The position numbers and the translations under genes were made by a program. A model generated the notes under the pieces. The model saw only the letters and a program-made list of their open reading frames with translations, searched no databases and had not been told where the DNA came from. DNA of 64,000 bases, taken from contig LWCA01000024.1 in assembly GCA_001642005.1 (NCBI GenBank), positions 1 through 64,000 on the forward strand, in the 5' to 3' direction. Shown here one piece after another: positions 54,744-64,000 of this stretch; the stretch's first letter is position 1; each line of letters opens with the position of its first letter. Source of the stretch: Intoshia linei. Lineage: Eukaryota; Animalia; Orthonectida.

Positions 54744-57700
54744 ATGAATTTTATAATCAGGACATGTCTGACGAAAACTGGTTACATGTCCCGTTGTAAT
54801 CGTTTCAACCACTGCGTAACGAAAGAATGCTTAAGTGTACACCGTAATCAGAATAATATCGGTCAAGAGGAATTTTTTGTGATGAATGACAATAAGGAAA
54901 TGAAGGAATTGATCAAATTGAGGTATAGTTTTTTTGATATTATTTAAATTATATGTATTATTTAAACGATTCGATTTAATTTTATATTACTAGAGGATTA
55001 TACCCAGAATTTATTCCTTCAGGAAATTTCGAATATCGAGACCGAACCAAGGAATTATTAGAAAGAAAAGATATGCTAGAACGTCGAAAACACTTAAAAA
55101 TTCCTGAATTTTATGTAGGTGATTTTTAGTGTATATGTAAAATTATAACGTAATATTAGGAAGTAAAATGAGTGTATCATTTGCAGATAAATTTTCTCCT
55201 AGTGGCGTTAATACGTTTGTTGGGATTTGTATTACCAGAATCGAACATGGCTTAAATCATCAATTTAGTATTAGAAACGTTGTGGAAAATCACGGTAATT
55301 TAATTTAAATTTATATTTTTACTGTTTTTAGGAGTTGAAATTAATTTTCACTTATATAATCCTTTAATCCAAAGTATCAAAGTTTTGGTACTGGAGAAAA
55401 GATTAGATGATGATTTAACATATTTAAGGGATTGCGATCCTATACATAGTACTGTTCCCTTTGATTTACCCGTTGAAACGCGACCTCCAGGAGTCAGTGT
55501 ACCTGTTAATGATATTAAGGTACTTTACGTTTATGAATTTATTGAAGTTTGCGTTGCAGAAAATATGTTTTATGTAAAACTATTATAATAATAATTACCT
55601 AATTTATCAATTATTCAGCCTACAGTTCGTGGTTTTGACATTTGCATTATTTTTATAAATTTATTTCATTCTTTGCTTATATAAAATTGAATGTATCTGT
55701 TTCTGTATGCTACCATTTATTTAAAAAATTGACTGTATAAAATTAAAAAAAACCCAATTTCTAATACTGTTTTTCCCAGGTCGTGTTTTTGTCTATTTTT
55801 CAGTTTCATAATTTGAGTCCTTTAGTGTCAACACCTAAATTTTATTTTTTATTTAAAAAAAAATTAGCACAAAGATATAATAAAACATACATTCTGTGAC
55901 GCGTTTTAAAATCATTAACATTGTCGTAAATCTTAGTTTCAGAAATGCATACCTTAATGGGGAGTAATTAATTTATCAGTATTTTAAATAAATACTGACA
56001 TTTTTTAATAAAAAATTTTCTGTATTTTCAACATAAAATTGTCAGTATACAGTGTATACTAGCACACTAAAATATCAGTAATAAAAAGTATTTTGTCAGT
56101 ATTCAATTACATATTTGTCAGTTTTTAATTGCCTTCTTGTCAATACATAATTGCATTTTTGTCAGTAAAAAAATTAAAAATCTAGTTTTTGAAATAATGT
56201 ATTATCCACTACAGACCCAAGTTAAAACTGAAATATTAAGATGCCATATTATACCTACAAACCATATTACAAAAAAATTAGAAATATTTTATGGTGTTCA
56301 CACCAAAGAATATTTTTTTATGAACTCAAATTTTGGTCAGTTTCATTTTATACAGAACATTTAATTTAAATGCTGACAAAATAATTTTTTTACTGCCCTT
56401 CCAATTTAAATACTGAAAATCAATTATTTATACTGTCACCTTGTCAATTGGCACATAAAATACTGACAAACCATTTACAATACTGAAAAATCAATGTTTA
56501 TACTGACAAATTATCACCAATACTGACGCGATAAATGCACGCCTACCTTAATGTCAAAACCACAAATTACCATTTGTTTAAAAAATGAAACATGTACTAA
56601 AATTTTATAAAACAAAAATCATGGGATAATTTTTAAAATAATAACCATTATAATAAATGGTAACCGCAAAAAAAGTGCATTTCTATGACCAAATTCAAAT
56701 TTCCCTTTTTTAAAAAAATTACAGCTGATACATTTATATTTGGTGAACACACACAAAAAAATTCAATCAAACAACGTCACGCCTTCACGGTCAAAAAAAC
56801 ACTTTAATATTCAATTTTTTTTATTTAGAATGTATTTTATTAAAATAAAATATTTGAAGTAATTAACGGTCATACAATTAAAAAATCAGATTATTTTGAT
56901 ACAATTTATTCCAATTGATATAAATACAAAATTTCAACCCCAGAAATCTACGCATTCCCAGTGAAAAATAATTTTTAATATATTTTCAACCATTATTTTT
57001 TAAATATTTCGATTAAATATAAAATTTAAATATTGATTCTATAATTTCAAAAAAAATGTGCATTGAACGTCTACACGTTTCCAATAAAGAAATATGGGTG
57101 AAAATCTATATAATTTATTCCTTCGGATTTTTTTTCATTGCTACGCAATTTTTGATTTTTAAGTACATTCCACTTATTTTCAATAAATGTAACGAAATTT
57201 TAGTTTAAAACTACAACAACGAAGTACAACCTTGTTATTATCATTTTTATATTTATTACAATGTTGGTAAAATTTATCTGAAATATGTTTTTAAAGTACT
57301 CGACTGGGCCTTTTGTCGTCCAGATATTATAATATCAATGATAAAGTGGAACACACATACACAAAAAAAATCGCGTAGCATATTATATAAGTAAGGAAGG
57401 ATATTTAGTACACTTTATTTATATTTGATTCATTTTTTCTAATTTAATTTAAATTTTAAATAATCCTTTTGTAAAGAAAGTTTATTCATTCTATTTAACG
57501 AAAAACATAATTTAAACTACAAATATTTAAATTTTTTCAGAGTAATATCAAGATTTATTATCTTAATTTGTGACTTTACCACTTTAAGATTTTTTCGAAC
57601 TTATGGTTGTTGAAGCTAGTTCAAGTTTAACCCTGTTTCATAAATATTGAATATATCACTATCCGTATAAAACTCCAATAATGTATATACATTTTTTATA

Positions 57701-58673
57701 AAATTATAGGCTCTTTTACAAATTTAAAATTATACAAAAAATAATATATTTAAATATATGTATTTATAATAAATCTAATATTATTTTAAGAATATCTTGC
57801 TATCTATACAAATTTCATAGCTGGGGTAGTTTTCTACTCCACGCGAGTAGCTGCGTTGTAAATTTAAAATAACGAACGATTATGTGTTAATTTGAAAATT
57901 GTATTCCATCAAATAAATGAATATATTTAAAATAGATCCCCAGTTGAAAAACTATTGATGCACCTGTCATAATTTTTTAAATTCATTTTATAAAAGTTCA
58001 ACATTATTTTTAACCTCTTAGAAATTGCGTAAACCAAGGTTTTTAATTAACACACTTTTTTCACGGCGGACGGGTAATAAGTTATAAAATAATCGCGGAT
58101 CATTAAAGCTAAATTACTATGAAACCTAAAATAATTGATAAAAAACGTATTAAATTAGCTTTTAACTAGTAAAATTTTTCACGGACCGACATTTGGGAAA
58201 CGCTGGCGTAAACATAACGTGGAATAAGTTTACAATAGTAGTTAATACAACATACCAACATTTCATTTATTCATCAGCTATAATCAATAAAAAATTGAGA
58301 TTAGTTTGCGGCTTTGTTAATTTTTTGATAAAAATAATATTACTTATAAATATTATAGCAATTATTTTTGCAATACATTAGTTTTTAATTTTTGTCTGTT
58401 TTCTTGTATAGAACAATCTCCACAATTTAAATATTAATACATTTTTACCTTTCTTAGCTGAAATTAAAAGATTTGCCATGGACACGTCGTTGGGAACTTC
58501 GAGAGTTAAGAGGAGCAATTTTACCGACCCTCCCACCATATTTTGACCGTCAAAAAGAGCGAACATTTCAAAATTGGAGAAGATACGATATAATGGAAGA
58601 CTATCGAACAAATGTACCTCCTGCGGAGCAATATGCAATACTATCGCAAGTGGCTCGAGACGTTGAAAATTAA
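54744..58673 (+). CDS. MRPL19: Mitochondrial ribosomal protein L19
   Basis: YPEFIP...[21 protein letters not shown] / S...FVGICI...[11 protein letters not shown] / [34 protein letters not shown]...VPVNDIK / [13 protein letters not shown]...[11 protein letters not shown]. Last intron 55520-58457. Confidence 0.95.
55959..56543. mobile_element. Mutator/foldback-type MITE (585 bp) with 9-bp TSD, inserted in a Helitron-like copy
   Basis: Identical flanks TACCTTAAT (55950-55958 and 56544-56552). Degenerate GG-starting TIRs end in TCAGTATT / AATACTGA. Many GTCAGTA motifs in the left half and TACTGAC motifs in the right half. Confidence 0.8.
56750..57295 (+). repeat. Helitron-like repeat, internal/3' portion
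   Basis: Matches 15700-16100 and 7905-8260. Confidence 0.75.
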
Positions 58674-61600
58674 TTTTGTATTCTTGTACATAATTTATTA
58701 AATTTACGAAATATTAAATTTTCAATATATCGATTTTTAAGATAGTATTAAAATAATTAAATGTAAAATATGTGATATTAATTATTGATGTGCTATATTG
58801 AATGTTTAATATTACTAAAAATTTAAACCTAGACGCTGGAATTTAACAAGATGAATAAGCAGTAATTTATAAAAAAACGAGGTAATATGAAACGTGTTAC
58901 CAAACTAAAATTTAAAATTGAATCGATATTATAAATTGAACTTTTGTTATATTTTTATTATTTTACGCGTACATTATTTACATTTGTTTTTTAAAACGTA
59001 AATTTTGTATTTTTATATATGAAAAATTGTTAAATAAATAATCGACCAGATGATATGTTGAAATACCCACATATGATAATGTGTATATTATAATATTTAT
59101 TTAATTTTTAAATACATTGCTGCAACAAGTGAAAAGTCAATTTTTATTTAAAGGTATGATTTACAATGACCGAAACGTGACCCAACAAAAATTTAAATTT
59201 GTTTTGTGATGCGTAAACACTTTTATTAAAATTGACCCAGAAATGCAGCAACATTGTGTGATGAATATAAAACTTATTTTTCCAGTGTGTAATTTCAATT
59301 CTCCAAATTTCAATTTTAGGTTTAATTAAATGTCTACAATCAGTTTTGGAGCTACAGTTTACATTGCTATATTATATACTCCTTGAATATTTATTTGTCT
59401 GATACTGTTGCATTAAAATTTTGCACACAAGCCAGTCACATCGCTAATATTTCTCATTTCATCTGACATTTAAATGTTGCGACATTAAATTTATTTGAAT
59501 TTAATTTATAGCTTTAATTTAAGCAAAATTGACTGAAATATTTTAAAACTATTTTGCACATAATTTTCATTCATAAAATTTCAATCTCAGTCTAGCAAAT
59601 TCTCAAAACTTAATAATATTAATTGCATACTTTTCATTTTTTGAGGTATACTGTTCACTTTATAAAATTTTAAACTTTAAAATTTAAAAATTTGTATTTG
59701 CTCACCGAACTTTTTTAAATTCTTTAAATTGTTTATTTTTAGAATTAAATTTGTCACATTCAAAGTCAAATTTTGCAATTAGTCAATTTAAAAGTATTGG
59801 AGGTAATTTTATTTTTACATAAATATGTTTCAAAAATGCATCATTTATTAGCGTTGGTGTTTTGAAATCCTATTGATTGTTTGGTCATTATTTCATCATA
59901 TTTTAATATTCTCAGTTGGTTGATTTCGATTTAAACCGACCGTGAAAATGTTTCATTTGTTCCATTTATGTAAATTTTACAAAATTAAATTGTAACACAG
60001 GAACTGTATCTTTAAATACAATTCCATTCACTTTAACTTGTAGACAAACTTTGCAACTATAAATATGCAACGTTTCACAAATTGCACAACAATTTTATTT
60101 GTAGTCCCATTATTTAAATTAAATAATTACACATTTTATAGTTTAGCTCAAACTAGAAATTTCAATAGTTTCAATTTAAAATATATTTTTATTCTTTTCT
60201 TATTTAATTGTGTTTTGTTTACATTATTTTTTATTGTCAATTTTTTAATCATTTGTTACAATTACACAAAATTTGCGGATACAGGTTTTTTATTTTTTAA
60301 TTTTTTAATCTCAAACTAAACAATCAACGTGTAAATTATATTTAAAATTTCTGAAAAATTTCATTTTTTATAGATAAATATTGAGATTATGAATAGCATA
60401 TATAAAAGTTTCATTAGGTATGAAAATATGAGAAACCGTACTACTCAACCGCTGTTTCTGAGAAACTATTATTGATGATTATAATACTTTTATAATGTCA
60501 TTGTACTGCCATTTCCGAGGATATAATGCATATGTGTTTAATGAGATAGGCAAGGCTGAATTATAATTGTATATAAAGTATATATAAAATGTAAAATCTA
60601 CTTGAAATAAAATGTGTTTTGACCTGTAAAGTGTAAAGTTTCGATATTGAAATTTATGATAAATTGATGGCAGGAAAAAATTTCATAGAGTGTTTTTTAA
60701 ATTATACGAGTCTAATTTAATGATGTGAATAAATGTTAATAAACTACAAGTTCGTTATATGTGGGTGAACTCATTTATTTAGAAAACTGAGAATTCCAGA
60801 AATTTCAAAAACAAACATTATACGTATGTTTGTTTGGTGTAGAAATTAAGATTACTTTTAACTAAAAAATTAAACGTATATATTTAAAATCTGCATTTCA
60901 CTCGCATAAATTGATTTCTTCGTTTTTTATCATTGCTACGCAATTTCTGATTCTCAAAAAGTTTTAAATCGATTGAAAAATTCTTAATCAACTTTGTTGG
61001 TATCATTTTGAAATTTAATTAACTTTTGGTGACATAAATATAAAAAATATTTTTAAATGGGCTGAATCCATTCATTATTGATACAAAATATTTTTTATCT
61101 TATTTCATCATTATTATATTATAAATTTTGACAGCATAAATTAATATTAATAATTAAATTAAATTAACATAAATAATTAATAATGATAAATTCAAAATAT
61201 TAGGTAACTATAGATTTTAAAGTTTGATTTAAATTTAAATTTACTATTTTTATGCAGTAATAAACATGAAATATAAAAAAATGAAATCAATATTTACCCA
61301 TTTTAATATCTCGAGATTAAAATAACATTTAAATGATACGTACATTTAATTATATTATAATAGGTGTACAGTACATCCCACGTATTCAATCTGACTTGAT
61401 TTAATTTTTGGTTTAATTTATTTTAATTAATGACTTGAGTTTGTATTGGAACAGGGGTTGATACTATTGTCAAATAAACGAACTCACACTACACTATCTA
61501 ACATGTCATTTTTTTAAAACCCCTAATTTGATCAAATTATTTCTTTTACGAAATTAACCATCATATAAAAGATAATATCATTCATGTCAATATCATTTAT

Positions 61601-61902
61601 TTCCAATTTTTTAATGTTTGTTTTATTTTTCTATTTCACTGTTGAATATACTTAACAGTGTACATTAAGGTGTCTCATGGGTATTTAGAAAAAATATCCT
61701 TAGGGTTTAAAATTATAGTATTACTAAAATAATAAATATTGTAAAATATTTTTGCCAACTCCTAACGGTGAAGTTAGCCTGACCATTTAAAGTTTTCTAT
61801 ATACTATATATTACAAAATTAAAACGGAACTTTATTTTAACGAAAATTGGCGTTTGAGCTTTTAAACGTGGTACCGACTTCATAATACTGTTCTCTATGT
61901 TT

Positions 61903-62075
61903 AGTTATACAGTTTATTTTTTTAAATTTGTTTCTAGCTCAGTTTTTTTGGATTTTATTTTTTGTTTGAATACAATTTAAATAATGTAAATAGCCAGAAT
62001 TCGAGAAATTCAATCATTAATAAAATCCAAAAAAATTGAGCAAGAAACAAATTTTAAAAAATAAATAGTATAACT
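61903..62075. repeat. Inverted repeat (~55-nt arms), MITE-like
   Basis: GTTATACAGTTTATTTTTTTAAATTTGTTTCTAGCTCAGTTTTTTTGGATTTTATT pairs with AATAAAATCCAAAAAAATTGAGCAAGAAACAAATTTTAAAAAATAAATAGTATAAC. Confidence 0.75.
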
Positions 62076-62888
62076 GTACACACACAAACAAATATGGCGT
62101 AGCATTTTATATAAGTAAAGATATAGCATATTCTGATGAAAAATTTATGATATCTATGTAGATAAAAAATTGAACCGGACCTATACCTTATTTTGAACGG
62201 GTTAAAAAATTGAGTTTTTTTGAAAAGAGTAGAACATTTTTAATATATACCATGTATTTATGTACTTTTTGTGTGTTCTGAGTAAGAGTACTGAGTAGTA
62301 ACTTATTTAATTAGTACTTAGTTTTACTTTTACTGAGTTATTAAATTGTTTTTGTACTGAATTTTAATTTTACAAAGTTGTTTTTTTTTCAGTACTTAGT
62401 TTTAAAACTCAGTACTTTTAAGAGTAAACTTATTTTTAAAAATTATTCTGCCAATCAGATTGTGAAAATGAAAATTGGGTAAACGGAGAATAACTACATA
62501 CATATGTATGTAGTAGGGTTCGTAATTTTCCTAATAAATTTTTACCTGTTGTTTAAAGTTCTTATAATTTTATCAAAATTGTTATTTTTTATGATAAAAA
62601 TTATCACTAAAAATAAAAATATCTGAGGTAGAATTAAATTTAAGGATTTAAAGTACTTTGTACAAACAGTATCCTAGCTCTATTTAGGGTGGTCTTTTTT
62701 AATAAAAAAATAACTACCAAAAAAATAAACTCAATAATAAAATATATCTTAACCCTTTCACGGTCTGTGTATTCTATATTATACACACCAATTTCACTTT
62801 ACACTATAGAGTCCTGATTATTCGAAAATTTGAAAAACGATTATCCGATTAATCGGAATTCAAAATTTTTAACATAAAAACCAATAAT

Positions 62889-63230
62889 TCTTACTTATAT
62901 AATATGCTACGCGATTTTTGTTTGTGTGTGTGTTGTACTTTATTTAAATAACTACTTGTCTTAGAATTTTATAAAGTCCACATTTCAATTACAGTTTTTA
63001 CCGGGAGTGTTCGCAAAATAAATTTCAACATCCCAAACTCACATCTTACGGGTTAAAAACCCCAATTGTCGTTTTTTTGAAAATCAAACGAGTTTGAGAA
63101 TTTGAAAAAAAATACATACGCTGATACGCATTTTAAAATCATAAACATTATCATAAATTTTAAACATTTTTTAAAAAAATATCTTCAGGACCAAAACCCT
63201 AAATTACTAAATTTAATTAATGTTAACAAA
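62889..63230 (+). mobile_element. Helitron-like repeat 5' portion nested in a CGATTAATCG-rich MITE
   Basis: TCTTACTTATATAATATGCTACGCG followed by (GT)n, homologous to 15230-15610. CGATTAATCG motifs flank it at ~62847 and ~63363-63378. Confidence 0.65.
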
Positions 63231-64000
63231 CAAAAAATTAAGATGAAATAATTCACTTTAAAGTAAAAAGTAATGTGATGTATGATTTCAATGATATATT
63301 TATGAAATTTTTGAAAATCCGATTATTTTTCTCTGATTATTGTAAGCAATTAAAGGGTTTTCGATTAATCGATTAATCTGATATCATTCCCTACTTCACA
63401 CGTCTGTGCATTCTATGATATACACAGCATAATTTTGAAAAACTTTATTTTTTTATTTTCGTACATTTTCACATAGGTAATTTAAAAATAATATAAGTTT
63501 AAATTAAAACATAAATTCCAGACGTGTGGTGATCAGGGATTGGAAATAATTGATTGCAATCAATTATTTTGTATAAACCAATTAATTGTTTGCTAAATAT
63601 TAATTTTTCAATTAATTAAAAAATGAAAAGATAATTTTCAATTAATTGGTTTTTTTCATATAACTGAGAAAATATAAATTGAATCCTTTTATTGACGAAT
63701 GGTTGGATAAAAACGATGTATTTAACCTACATGCTTGACTTTTATGTACTTCGAACAAACAGTATTCTAGTATAAATCTCCAAATTTATTAACAAAGTTA
63801 TACTTACGTTGCTTCTAAACCAGAGTTTATTAACCGGGGTGTAAGATTTATTTAAAGGATGCTACAAAATTATAGAAATTTTGTAGAAAAATTATTTTTA
63901 TTTTTTATATTTTGACAAAATAATTTCATAAAAATATTAAATTATAAAATATAATTCAATATTTTTACTATTTCAAATTAATTTGAGTCGGGTGGTTTGA

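Noticed and set aside
55970-56530. CRISPR-like recurrence of short TACTGAC/GTCAGTA motifs
   Set aside because: Eukaryotic context, irregular spacing, inverted arrangement and a TSD show it is a MITE.
59150-60320. Alternative genetic code or general stop-codon readthrough to explain the interrupted frames
   Set aside because: Conserved genes in the window use standard stops and TGG for Trp. These interruptions mix TAA and TGA with frameshifts, as expected for decay.

Overview
Very AT-rich eukaryotic (metazoan) genomic DNA with many tiny introns (about 30-46 nt) and a few kb-scale introns filled with transposon debris. The gene style fits a genome-reduced animal such as the orthonectid Intoshia, but that assignment is inference only. 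Genes reconstructed by hand across GT-AG introns: an orphan 2-exon gene (-), selenophosphate synthetase SPS2/SEPHS2 (+), an intronless orphan secreted protein (+), an intronless EGFR (-) plus a decayed EGFR fragment, a FAM227-like gene (-), a spectraplakin (+) with CH-CH, EF-like and GAR domains and a 5.3-kb low-complexity exon, a miniature CELF/Bruno (-) hosting an antisense nested Pitchfork/PIFO gene (+), a C1orf87-like EF-hand gene (-), and SMC3 (-) head-to-head with MRPL19 (+). The main hidden signal is a translational recoding cassette that the ORF track breaks at a stop codon. SPS2 has an in-frame UGA at the catalytic Sec position (KG-U-GCK), followed by GGG-TGT, a long hairpin 6 nt downstream, and an unusually AU-rich SECIS candidate directly before the poly(A) signal. 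Intergenic and intronic DNA holds a recently active Helitron-like repeat family, hAT remnants and MITEs, a Mutator-type MITE with a 9-bp TSD, and one assembly gap (N at 34800).
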